A DNA stretch of 38,328 bases from an uncultured Flavobacteriaceae bacterium (GCA_964466435.1 CAYXQB010000001.1:1-38328), one strand, 5' to 3'; positions 8,042-16,842 are shown, counted from the first letter of the stretch. Notes: generated from the sequence alone by a model not told the origin. Numbers and translations: made by a program.

Positions 8042-10726
8042 ATGTCCGTCCGTAACCTCAGGTCTTTGTTTGCGCCGAAGAGCATCGCGCTCATTGGGGC
8101 GAGCCGTACGCCAAACTCTGTCGGCGATGTCGTCGCGCGCAATCTCCTGGGCGCAGGCTTCGAAGGCGCGATTTCGCTCGTGAACCCACACGGCGGCGAA
8201 CTCCACGGCCGCCCGCTGCACGAGAGCATACAAGCCCTGCCGGAAGCCCCGGAACTCGCAATCATCGCAACGCCCCCGGCACCGATCCCGAATCTCATCG
8301 CCGAGCTTGGCGCCCGCGGAACAAAAGCCGCAGTCGTGCTCACGGCAGGCTTTGCCGAAATGGGGGAGGACGGCCGCGCCCTGCAACAGCGCATGCTCGA
8401 AGCGGCACAGCCCCACACGCTGCGCCTCATCGGCCCGAACTGCATCGGCGTGCTGGCCCCGAACGCCAAGATCAACGCCAGCTTCGCCCATCGCATGGCG
8501 CCCGCGGGCCGCACCGCGTTCGTGACGCAATCGGGTGCTATGCTGACGACCGTTCTCGACTGGGCCTCAGCGCGCGGCCTCGGCTTTTCGCATCTCGTCT
8601 CGCTGGGCGGCATGAGCGACGTCGACTTCGGTGACATGCTCGACTACCTCGCCGCCGAGCCGGGCACGGACGCCGTCTTGCTCTACATCGAGAGCATCAC
8701 CCACGCACGCAAGTTCATGTCCGCCGCCCGCCGTTGCGCCCGCGTGAAACCCGTGATTGTCGTGAAGTCCGGCCGGCACGCCGAAGGCGCCCGTGCCGCG
8801 CGCTCTCACACCGGCGCGCTCGCGGGTTCCGATGCTGTCGCAGATGCAGCGTTCCGGCGCGCAGGCTTACTCCGTGTGCTGACCATCGACGACCTCTTCG
8901 GCACGCTCGAGGCTCTCTCCAGCCATCAGCGCGTCACCGGCGACCGCATCGCGATCCTCACGAACGGCGGCGGTGCCGGTGTCCTGGCGACGGACCACTT
9001 GATCGACGAAGGCGGCAAGCTGGCCGAACTGTCACCCGACACGATCGAAGCCCTGAACCGCGTTCTGCCGGTGAGTTGGAGCAAGGGTAACCCGGTCGAC
9101 ATCATCGGCGATGCCGGTCCTGACCGCTACCGTGCATCGCTCGAAGCGCTGATCGCCGACCACAATGCCGACGCCATCTTGGTACTGAACTGTCCCGTCG
9201 CCGTGGCAGACCCGACCGCATCGGCGGAGGTCGTAGCAAGCGTCGCCCGTGCGGCACGCGAAAAAGGCAATCCAACACCCGTGTTCACGGCCTGGCTCGG
9301 CGAAGCGGCAGTTGTCGATGCGCGCAAGCGCCTGGAGGAAGGTGGCCTTCCCGTGTTCGACACGCCGGAACAAGCCGTGACCGCCATGATGCAACTCGTG
9401 CGCCGCGCCAAGGCGCAAGAAATGCTGATGGAGATTCCGCCTGCCTCCGCGGCCGACGAGCCCCGAAACACAAAGGCGATCCGCGAGCCGATCGATCTCG
9501 CGCTGAGCGAAGGCCGCGAGTGGCTCTCGACGGTCGAAGCGAACGCAATCTTGCAGGCCTACGGCATCCCCACGGTCGAACTGCGTGTCGCCAAGACGCC
9601 GGAGGAGGCGCATCGAACGGCGGTTTCCATGGGCTTCCCCGTCGCGCTGAAGATCCTCTCGACCGACATCGTGCACAAATCCGACATCGGCGCCGTCGCG
9701 TTGAACCTGAAAGACGGCCCATCGGTCGCGCGCGCCGCTTCCACGATGTTGCTGCGGATCGCCGAGGCTGAGCCCGACGCGCACATCGACGGCTTTATCC
9801 TGCAGCCCATGGCAAGCCGCGCCGGCGTCCATGAGCTGATCGTCGGTCTTTCCGAAGACCCGCTATTCGGACCCGTGATCCTCTTCGGCCAAGGCGGCAC
9901 GGCGGTCGAAGTGGTGAAGGACCAGGCGCTCGCGCTCCCGCCGCTTAACGCCATCCTCGCTCGCGATCTGATCGACCGCACGCGCGTCGCCCGCCTGTTG
10001 AAGGGCTACCGCGATCGCCCACCTTCGGACGTTAACGCCATCATTAAAGTGCTGCTCGCGCTGCAGGACATTGCGATCGACCTGCCGGAGGTGAAAGAGC
10101 TCGACATCAATCCGCTCTGGGCGAACGACCAAGGCGTGCTTGCACTCGACGCCCGCATCCGCATCGCCAAGGAACCTCGCCCCGGCACCGAGCGCTTCGC
10201 CGTCAAGCCGTACCCCGGCGAACTCACACATGAGATCGCCGACCGCAACGGGAAGACGTACCTCATGCGCCCGATCAAACCGGAGGACGCAGGCGCCATA
10301 CAGGAAACCATCGCCTCCAGCGATCCCGAAGACGTCCGCATGCGCTTTTTCTCGACACTTCAGCGCCTGCCGGACGTCCTCGCCAAACGCCTCACGCAAA
10401 TCGACTACGACCGCGAGATGGCATTCGCCGTGATCGACGAATCCGGCGAGCGTCCCGAAGGCATCGGTGTCGTGCGTCTCGCCCTCGATCCCGACCGCAT
10501 GCGCGGCGAATACGCGATCATGGTTCGCAGCGACCGCATCGGAACGGGCCTCGGTTACCGGATGATGGAAGAGATCGTCGCCTACGGCAGAAAGATCGGC
10601 GCCAAGCAGATTTTCGGCGACGTGCTGGCCGAGAACAACCGCATGCTGTCGATGTGCGCGAAGCTGGGCTTCGAGCGCACGGGCTCACCCGAACCGGGCG
10701 TCGTCGAGGTGACGCTCAATCTTTGA
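8042..10726 (+). CDS. pat: Protein lysine acetyltransferase Pat type: ADP-forming acyl-CoA synthetase-like domains fused to a C-terminal GNAT
   Basis: 894 aa. CoA-binding N-terminus (KSIALIGASRTPNSVG), succinyl-CoA-ligase-like and ATP-grasp segments, and a C-terminal GNAT (RIGTGLGYRMMEEIVAYGRKIGAKQIFGDVLAENNRML). GGAG lies 6-9 nt upstream of the ATG. Confidence 0.9.
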   Translation: MSVRNLRSLFAPKSIALIGASRTPNSVGDVVARNLLGAGFEGAISLVNPHGGELHGRPLHESIQALPEAPELAIIATPPAPIPNLIAELGARGTKAAVVLTAGFAEMGEDGRALQQRMLEAAQPHTLRLIGPNCIGVLAPNAKINASFAHRMAPAGRTAFVTQSGAMLTTVLDWASARGLGFSHLVSLGGMSDVDFGDMLDYLAAEPGTDAVLLYIESITHARKFMSAARRCARVKPVIVVKSGRHAEGARAARSHTGALAGSDAVADAAFRRAGLLRVLTIDDLFGTLEALSSHQRVTGDRIAILTNGGGAGVLATDHLIDEGGKLAELSPDTIEALNRVLPVSWSKGNPVDIIGDAGPDRYRASLEALIADHNADAILVLNCPVAVADPTASAEVVASVARAAREKGNPTPVFTAWLGEAAVVDARKRLEEGGLPVFDTPEQAVTAMMQLVRRAKAQEMLMEIPPASAADEPRNTKAIREPIDLALSEGREWLSTVEANAILQAYGIPTVELRVAKTPEEAHRTAVSMGFPVALKILSTDIVHKSDIGAVALNLKDGPSVARAASTMLLRIAEAEPDAHIDGFILQPMASRAGVHELIVGLSEDPLFGPVILFGQGGTAVEVVKDQALALPPLNAILARDLIDRTRVARLLKGYRDRPPSDVNAIIKVLLALQDIAIDLPEVKELDINPLWANDQGVLALDARIRIAKEPRPGTERFAVKPYPGELTHEIADRNGKTYLMRPIKPEDAGAIQETIASSDPEDVRMRFFSTLQRLPDVLAKRLTQIDYDREMAFAVIDESGERPEGIGVVRLALDPDRMRGEYAIMVRSDRIGTGLGYRMMEEIVAYGRKIGAKQIFGDVLAENNRMLSMCAKLGFERTGSPEPGVVEVTLNL

Positions 10727-10734
10727 GCCAACGA

Positions 10735-10764
10735 ATGGCGCCGAAGCTTTCGCCTCGGCGCCAT
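10735..10764. terminator. Hairpin between the convergent pat and second Hsp20 genes
   Basis: ATGGCGCCGAAG / CCTCGGCGCCAT, a 12-bp stem with one mismatch and a 6-nt loop. The flanking T-tracts are weak. Confidence 0.45.
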
Positions 10765-10785
10765 CTTCTCTAATGCGAGCGACGC

Positions 10786-11256
10786 TTACGCCGCGTTTGC
10801 GACGGTTGCATCGACGATCTTGGGGTCGGCGGGCTTCGTCGAGCCGATCGCGATCTTGCGTGCTTTCTTCTCTTCGGGGATCACGCGCACGATATCGACG
10901 TGCAGCAAGCCGTGCTCGAGCCGCGCACCCTTGACCTCCATATGGTCGGCCAGTTGGAAGCGGCGCTCGAACGCGCGCCCCGCAATGCCCTGATAGAGGA
11001 AGTGGGTCTTCGGCTCGTCCGCGTCGCGCTTACCGGTGATCGAGAGAACGCCTTCCTTCACCTCGACTGACAAATCCTTGTCGCCAAAGCCCGCGACCGC
11101 CATCGAAATCCGGTAGTCGTTGTCGCCGAGCTGCTCGATGTTGTAGGGCGGATAGCTTGGCGCCGCCGGGTCGAGCTGATTGACCGTCTCCAGCATATTG
11201 GCGAGCCGGTCGAAACCGACGGTGGAGCGGTAAAGTGGGCTAAAATCGAAACGCAT
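10786..11256 (-). CDS. Small heat-shock protein, IbpA-like Hsp20
   Basis: MRFDFSPLYRSTVGFDRLANML parallels the E. coli IbpA N-terminus (MRNFDLSPLYRSAIGFDRL). Alpha-crystallin core: YNIEQLGDNDYRISMAVAGFGDKDLSVEVKEGVLSITGKR. An alternative ATG lies at 11265. Confidence 0.9.
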   Translation of the reverse strand: MRFDFSPLYRSTVGFDRLANMLETVNQLDPAAPSYPPYNIEQLGDNDYRISMAVAGFGDKDLSVEVKEGVLSITGKRDADEPKTHFLYQGIAGRAFERRFQLADHMEVKGARLEHGLLHVDIVRVIPEEKKARKIAIGSTKPADPKIVDATVANAA

Positions 11257-11356
11257 GACTGTCATCCTTTGTCCTTGAAAATCCGCCGAAATGGCCGGAT
11301 TTCCGGGTCAATTGCTCATCCCCGGACCCCCGAAGGGCATCCGCTGAGCAAGCCTG

Positions 11357-11385
11357 AGATGGGGATAGAAAATCGGCGGTTCAAG
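11357..11385 (-). promoter_or_regulatory. Candidate RpoH (sigma32)-type promoter, CTTGAA-N15-CCCCATCT
   Basis: Minus strand reads CTTGAACCGCCGATTTTCTATCCCCATCT. This is a near-perfect match to the classical sigma32 consensus CTTGAAA-N13-15-CCCCATNT and lies about 100 nt upstream of the ATG. Confidence 0.55.
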
Positions 11386-11480
11386 CCCGGCTGCATGGCC
11401 CTGTGGTAAGCGTAAAGCCCCTGGCGATTCTGGGCCGCAGTCGGCCTATTGTGCCCGTCCATTTTTCAAAGAGTGCGCCC

Positions 11481-13139
11481 ATGTCCAATCCGCAAAGCCC
11501 GCGTCTCCCCGGTCTCGGCACGCCGATGCAGAAGGGTGGGGGGCCTGGCTGGAACTACCCCGTCAATCCGTTCGAACTGCAAAAGCAGTTGGAAGCCGGC
11601 ATCGAGCATCACAAGGCGGGCCGCGGTGAAGAGGCGGAAAAAGTCTATCGTTCGGTTCTGGCGAAAGTTCCCAACCAGCCCGATGCGCTGAATCTTCTCG
11701 GCGTGCTCGCCATGGAAGCGGGCAATCACGACGCGGCCTTCGATCTCTTGGAGCGCGCGGTCGCCGCGCGCCCGAAGGACCCGGTGGTTCTCAACAACTA
11801 CGGCAATGCGCTCTCGCTCGTGCGCCGCTTCGAAGAAGCGATCGCAACGCTTGAGCGTTCGCTCGCGATCAAACCCGATATGGCCGACTCGTGGCTCAAC
11901 CTCGGCCGAACGCTGAACCTGGCGGGGCAGGGGGAGCGCGCATTGAAATGCTTCGATCGCCTGCAGAAGCTGAAGCCCGACAGCCACAGCGCCAAGTCCG
12001 GCATCAGCCGCGCGCTGCTCGGCCTCGGCCGCACGAAGGAAGCCGAAGAGGTGGCGGAATCGTTGATCAAGGCGGCGCCCAGCGTGTCGGCCGGCTACGT
12101 GAACCTTTCGAACGCCCGCAAATTCAAGGCCGGCGACCCGGTCATCGAACAAGTCGAAAAGCTGATCGCGGGCAAAGACACAAGCGCGAAGGAGCTGCGC
12201 GGTCTCTACTTCGCCGCCGCCAAAATGTACGACGACACGGGCCGCTACGACGACGCATTCCGCAATTATGATCTCGCGAACAAAGCTGCGGGCGGAAAGT
12301 ACGACGCCAAGGCGTTGGAGCAAGGCTACGCCGATCTGAAGCAGACCTACACGCGCAAGTTCTTCGATGACCGCCGTGACTTCGGTCTGGACAGCGAGCG
12401 TCCGGTCTTCATCGTAGGGATGCCGCGCTCCGGTACCACGCTGACCGAGACGATCATCGGCGCCCATCCGCAAGTTCACCCGGCCGGCGAGCTCGAAACG
12501 ATCAAGAAGTGCGAGCGCGAAATGGCGGGCCTCGTCTTCCGCGATGATGGCATCCACAAGAATGCGCGCCAACTGACCTGGGTCGGCGCGGAAGTTCTGG
12601 CCCAGCGTTATCTCGACACGATCGACGTGCGCGCCAAGAACGCAAGCGCCATCCGCGTCACCGACAAGATGCCCCACAACTTCCAGGCTGTCGGCTTCAT
12701 CGCACTGCTGTTCCCGAAGGCGCGCATCATTCACACGCGCCGCAGCCCGTTCGACACGTGTCTCTCGATCCTGCAGCAGAACTTCAACGACGCGCACTCC
12801 TACGCGCGCAGCTTGGCCGACCTTGGTCACCACTACGCGCATTACCTGCACCTCATGCAGCACTGGCGCGAGGTTTTGGGCGACCGCATACTCGAGATCG
12901 ACTACGAAGACCTGGTCGAGAACCAGGAAGAGGTCTCGCGCAAGCTGATCGATTTTGTCGGCCTTCCGTGGGACGACGCCTGCCTGCGTCCGCAAGACGT
13001 AAAGCGCACGGTGCTCACCGCCAGCGTTTGGCAGGTCCGCCAACCCGTCTACAAGCGCTCCGCCGGCCGCTGGAAGAACTACGAACAGCACTTGGGCCCG
13101 CTCCGCGAAGCGATGCAGGCAGCCGGCGCCAATATCTGA
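11481..13139 (+). CDS. TPR-repeat protein fused to a C-terminal sulfotransferase domain
   Basis: N-terminal TPR repeats (AEKVYRSVLAKVPNQPDALNLLGVLA...). PAPS-binding 5'-PSB motif VFIVGMPRSGTTLTE and a 3'-PB-like RIIHTRRSPFDTCLS. Start placed at the ATG at 11481 (MSNPQS). The GTG at 11403 would overlap the divergent hsp promoter. Confidence 0.8.
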   Translation: MSNPQSPRLPGLGTPMQKGGGPGWNYPVNPFELQKQLEAGIEHHKAGRGEEAEKVYRSVLAKVPNQPDALNLLGVLAMEAGNHDAAFDLLERAVAARPKDPVVLNNYGNALSLVRRFEEAIATLERSLAIKPDMADSWLNLGRTLNLAGQGERALKCFDRLQKLKPDSHSAKSGISRALLGLGRTKEAEEVAESLIKAAPSVSAGYVNLSNARKFKAGDPVIEQVEKLIAGKDTSAKELRGLYFAAAKMYDDTGRYDDAFRNYDLANKAAGGKYDAKALEQGYADLKQTYTRKFFDDRRDFGLDSERPVFIVGMPRSGTTLTETIIGAHPQVHPAGELETIKKCEREMAGLVFRDDGIHKNARQLTWVGAEVLAQRYLDTIDVRAKNASAIRVTDKMPHNFQAVGFIALLFPKARIIHTRRSPFDTCLSILQQNFNDAHSYARSLADLGHHYAHYLHLMQHWREVLGDRILEIDYEDLVENQEEVSRKLIDFVGLPWDDACLRPQDVKRTVLTASVWQVRQPVYKRSAGRWKNYEQHLGPLREAMQAAGANI

Positions 13140-13388
13140 CGCCGCGTCTCGTAAGACGCAGTGCCGGGTAAATCCTGTGACTCGAAAAGCACGTTCGCGC
13201 GGCGAACTGCGCGAGCGTGCGCGCCTCACTGTGTTCCCGAATCTGGTTTTCCCTATATTCGCCTCGTTGGTTAACCAAAAAGATTCGGGGCCCTAAGGTC
13301 TCGTTAACCACGGGGGTGTCTTTTCTGAGGAAGACGAAGGTGCGGAGGCGTCGCTTCCGCAGCCAGCGGCGATATTCAGGAGGGACTA

Positions 13389-14267
13389 ATGAACTTGAAG
13401 ACGATTGCACTTGCGACGACTGCCCTCGTGGCCATCGCCGCGGCTCCGGCCGAAGCCGGTCAGTACATGGGCAAAGTGAACCTTGGGTTCGGCTATGCCT
13501 CGGAGGATTACGACGGCTTTGGCGGCGAGAGCAACTTTGACCTGAACTACACGACGTTCCATGGCGCCGCGTCGGTCAACGTGCCTTACAGCGACCGCGT
13601 GAATCTGCAGTTCGACATCCTCGGCAATGCGTCATTGGACGAGGAGGACGACTGCGGACCGACCTGCGGCTCATCGTACGAAGGTGTGGCCTTAGGATTC
13701 CACCTGAACTACAAGGACCCGGCAGTTGGCGGTCTCGGCGTGTTCGGGACCCTGGGCCGGGCGAACGTAGGTTCGACGAGCAGCTCTGACGCGGTTTTCT
13801 TCGGCGCCGGTCTTGAAGGCGAGTACTACTGCAACGCTTGGACGCTCAGCGCGCAAGTCGGTTACATGGACAGCGATGCCACCGTTTGGGGCCTCGTGAA
13901 GAACGGCGGCTTCGCCCGATTGGGCGCCGCGTACTACGCGAGCAAGAAGCTGAAGCTCGCCGGCGGCGTCGGCTACCTCAACGGAGACACGACCACGGGG
14001 GTCGGCGCCTCCGACGTCGACGTCGTGAACTGGAACTTCAGCGTCGAATATCTCTTCGGCAAGTCCGTGCCCGTCTCGACCTATGTCGAATACAAGGGGC
14101 AGCACCTCGAGCAATTCTCGCCGAACACGGATGAAATCGACCGTCACGAAGTGCGGGCGGGCGTTCGCTTCTACTTCGGTGCTGGCGACGACCTCCAGAA
14201 GGCCGATCGCGAAGGCGCAAGCTTCGAGTCGCCCGACCTCATGACCTGGGCTCGCCACTACCAATAG
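13389..14267 (+). CDS. Outer-membrane beta-barrel (porin-like) protein
   Basis: Signal peptide MNLKTIALATTALVAIAAAPAEA. Alternating amphipathic strands rich in G/Y. Beta-signal-like VRAGVRFYF near the C-terminus. AGGAGGG lies upstream of the ATG. Confidence 0.65.
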   Translation: MNLKTIALATTALVAIAAAPAEAGQYMGKVNLGFGYASEDYDGFGGESNFDLNYTTFHGAASVNVPYSDRVNLQFDILGNASLDEEDDCGPTCGSSYEGVALGFHLNYKDPAVGGLGVFGTLGRANVGSTSSSDAVFFGAGLEGEYYCNAWTLSAQVGYMDSDATVWGLVKNGGFARLGAAYYASKKLKLAGGVGYLNGDTTTGVGASDVDVVNWNFSVEYLFGKSVPVSTYVEYKGQHLEQFSPNTDEIDRHEVRAGVRFYFGAGDDLQKADREGASFESPDLMTWARHYQ

Positions 14268-14279
14268 GTCGCAGAATCT

Positions 14280-14309
14280 GGATCGGGCGGCAGGCAACCC
14301 GCCCGATCC
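14280..14309 (+). terminator. Hairpin after the porin-like gene
   Basis: GGATCGGGCGG / CCGCCCGATCC, a perfect 11-bp stem with an 8-nt loop. The trailing T-tract is weak (AATTCCTC). Confidence 0.4.
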
Positions 14310-14426
14310 AATTCCTCAAGAAAGACGAAGCCGAATGGCTCGCCCAGAAATCTCCCGGTGGAGTGTTCGAGCTGACGAAGGCCCAAGTCTGCAGCTTGGA
14401 ACTCAACGAATTGTCAGGAGGCATGC

Positions 14427-15152
14427 ATGCGAATGAAACGGATTTTGCTGGCGTCGGCGGCGGTGGCTGTGCTCGCGGGGGCGCATCAAGCCCAAGCGGC
14501 GAGCGATCTGTACGTAAGCGTCTTTGGTGGCGCCAACTTTCTACAGGGCCATTCCGCTGTTGACGTTAGCACAACGACCAACATCGTTGGCTTCGACATT
14601 GACCCGGACACGGGATTTGTAATCGGTGGCGCAATCGGAACCAACCTTTCGAACTGGGCAACGGGACTACGCGTGGAGTTGGAAGCGTCGTATCGACGCA
14701 ACGATATTGGTGGCACGTGGTTTCGCGACGCTGACATCCCGCCCACGAGTGACACCACGGCCGGTCTAATCGACGGCAACATGTCCACGTTCGCGATCCT
14801 GGCCAACGCATGGTACGAGATCGACGTTGGTTCGAAAGTGCGTCCCTATGTTGGCGGCGGTGTCGGCTGGGCACGAACGCGCCACGAAGCGGCGTTCATT
14901 GAGACGACCGACGACGGCACGCCTGACAGCGACGTTCGCGGCACGGCATTCAGCGAGAACTCGGGCTTTGCTTGGCAGTTGGGGCTGGGTCTCAACTATC
15001 AAGTCGCGCCGGACGTCGATGTTGGGATTGGATACCGCTATTTCGTTGGCCCAAGGATATCAGACCCTCACTTCGAGGGCGTAAACGACGATGTTGTGCT
15101 CAACAACGACAACCACACTGTTCACGTCAATCTGACGATAGGCATCAACTAA
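14427..15152 (+). CDS. Omp25/Omp31/RopB-type outer-membrane beta-barrel protein, paralog 1
   Basis: Signal peptide ending AHQAQA. SDLYVSVFGGANF, LRVELEASYRRNDIGG, YVGGGVGWAR, GFAWQLGLGLNYQV, VDVGIGYRYF and a C-terminal HTVHVNLTIGIN. AGGAGG lies 6 nt upstream. Confidence 0.8.
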   Translation: MRMKRILLASAAVAVLAGAHQAQAASDLYVSVFGGANFLQGHSAVDVSTTTNIVGFDIDPDTGFVIGGAIGTNLSNWATGLRVELEASYRRNDIGGTWFRDADIPPTSDTTAGLIDGNMSTFAILANAWYEIDVGSKVRPYVGGGVGWARTRHEAAFIETTDDGTPDSDVRGTAFSENSGFAWQLGLGLNYQVAPDVDVGIGYRYFVGPRISDPHFEGVNDDVVLNNDNHTVHVNLTIGIN

Positions 15153-15159
15153 GCCTTCC

Positions 15160-15194
15160 GGCCGGCGACTCAAATCGCCGGCCTCTTTTGTTTC
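15160..15194 (+). terminator. Intrinsic terminator after paralog 1
   Basis: GGCCGGCGA-CTCAAA-TCGCCGGCC followed by TCTTTTGTTT. Confidence 0.7.
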
Positions 15195-15272
15195 CTCTGC
15201 CTGCGCCTCTTGCACGGAAAAGAATGGCGCTCGGTCTGCAGCTGAAGCGTCAAAGAACCTTAGGAGACTGGA

Positions 15273-15971
15273 ATGCACCTCAAGAAACTCTGGCTCACGA
15301 CGACAGCGCTCGCCGTCCTCGCCAGTACATCGCAAGCCCACGCCGACGGAATGTACGTCAGCGTCTTCGGCGGCGCGAATTTCCAACCAGACCAGTCCCA
15401 GCGCGTTTTCCAAACAAGTGGTATCTTCATCGACTTCACCGCGGACGCGGATACGGGCTTTGTCCTCGGCGGCGCCGTGGGCGCGGGCCTCGACAATTGG
15501 GTGCAGGGCCTTCGGGCTGAGGTTGAAGTCTCGTACCGCCGCCAGGACGTCAGCGGCCCGATGTTCTCGCAGTGGTTCACCCACACCCATACCGGCACGA
15601 TCGACGCAAACCAGTCGACATTCGCCGTCATGGCGAACATTTGGTACGACATCGACATGGGCTGGAAGATCAAGCCGTATGTCGGCGGCGGCGCTGGCTG
15701 GGCGCGCTCGAATTTACAGTTGGCCGTCATCAACGAAAATGGGACAGGCGCCTACACAAGCAGCGAGAGCGACAACAGCGGCTTCTCATGGCAGCTCGGG
15801 CTGGGCTTCAACTATGAGGTTGGGCCCGGTGTCGATGTCGGGCTCGGCTACCGGTACTTCGACGGCCCGCAAGATTCGACGAGGGTCAGGGGCAACCACG
15901 GTTCCGCCAATGCGACTCTCGACAACGAGAACCACAGCGTCATGGTCAACCTGACCATCGAGACGAACTAG
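15273..15971 (+). CDS. Omp25/Omp31/RopB-type outer-membrane beta-barrel protein, paralog 2
   Basis: MHLKKLWLTTTALAVLASTSQAHADGMYVSVFGGANF and the same strand motifs as paralog 1. AGGAGA lies upstream. Confidence 0.85.
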   Translation: MHLKKLWLTTTALAVLASTSQAHADGMYVSVFGGANFQPDQSQRVFQTSGIFIDFTADADTGFVLGGAVGAGLDNWVQGLRAEVEVSYRRQDVSGPMFSQWFTHTHTGTIDANQSTFAVMANIWYDIDMGWKIKPYVGGGAGWARSNLQLAVINENGTGAYTSSESDNSGFSWQLGLGFNYEVGPGVDVGLGYRYFDGPQDSTRVRGNHGSANATLDNENHSVMVNLTIETN

Positions 15972-15976
15972 CGACA

Positions 15977-16010
15977 GCCGGCGACTCAAATCGCCGGCCG
16001 CGTCGTTTTC
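15977..16010 (+). terminator. Intrinsic terminator after paralog 2 (same hairpin as after paralog 1)
   Basis: GCCGGCGA-CTCAAA-TCGCCGGC followed by CGCGTCGTTTTC. Confidence 0.55.
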
Positions 16011-16083
16011 ATCCTTGCTTCCGCCTCTCACACGAAAAGCGCCGGTCTGCAGCTGAAGCGCAAAGAACCCTCAGGAGACTAGA

Positions 16084-16785
16084 ATGCATCTCAAGAAACT
16101 GTGGCTGGCAACGACCGCCTTAGCAGTCCTCGCCAGCGCTCAACAAGCGCAAGCCGACGGCCTTTACGTCAGCGTCTTCGGCGGTGCGAGCTTCGTGAAC
16201 GATGAATCGAAGGCCGGTAATACATCCGGCTACTACGGGTACACCTCGCGGGAGTCCTACGATGGCGAGACCGGCTTCGTGATCGGCGGTGCCGTTGGCA
16301 CCGGTCTCGACAACTGGGTGAAGGGCCTTCGTGTCGAGTTGGAGGCGTCGTACCGTCGCAACGATATCGGCGGGAACTGGTCTGAACAGACGTTCTTCGT
16401 CGGAACAACTGGAACGATCGATGCGAACTTGTCGACGTTCTCGATCATGTCGAACGTCGCCTACGACATCGATGCGGGTTGGAAGGTGAAACCCTACGTG
16501 ATGGCCGGCGCGGGCTGGGCACGCTCCTCGTTCGAGGGCGCGCTCGTCACCACGGGTGGCAGTCAATGGGGCAACAGCTTCGATGGCGAGAACAGCGGGT
16601 TCGCATGGCAACTCGGCGCCGGCTTCAACTACGAAGTCGCGCCGGGCGTCGATGTCGGACTTGGCTACCGCTACTTCGACGGGCCGGATCACTCGTACTT
16701 TGCCGGCAAAAACAACATCAGCGACGCTCAGCATGCAAACACAAATCATGCTGTGACGGTCAATTTGACGATCGATACGAATTAA
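16084..16785 (+). CDS. Omp25/Omp31/RopB-type outer-membrane beta-barrel protein, paralog 3
   Basis: MHLKKLWLATTALAVLASAQQAQADGLYVSVFGGASF, LRVELEASYRRNDIGG, GFAWQLGAGFNYEV and a C-terminal HAVTVNLTIDTN. Confidence 0.85.
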   Translation: MHLKKLWLATTALAVLASAQQAQADGLYVSVFGGASFVNDESKAGNTSGYYGYTSRESYDGETGFVIGGAVGTGLDNWVKGLRVELEASYRRNDIGGNWSEQTFFVGTTGTIDANLSTFSIMSNVAYDIDAGWKVKPYVMAGAGWARSSFEGALVTTGGSQWGNSFDGENSGFAWQLGAGFNYEVAPGVDVGLGYRYFDGPDHSYFAGKNNISDAQHANTNHAVTVNLTIDTN

Positions 16786-16813
16786 GCCCACCCACGCAGT
16801 GGATGGGAATCCG

Positions 16814-16842
16814 GCGGGCCCCTAACGGGGCCCGCTTTGTTT
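16814..16842 (+). terminator. Intrinsic terminator after paralog 3, between convergent genes
   Basis: GCGGGCCCC-TAAC-GGGGCCCGC followed by TTTGTTT. Confidence 0.7.

Noticed and set aside
11466-13229. 587-aa ORF antisense to the TPR-sulfotransferase gene
   Set aside because: It is the mirror frame of a gene with clear TPR and PAPS-binding motifs. Its composition is Arg/Ala/Val-rich with no motifs. It is a GC-rich shadow ORF.
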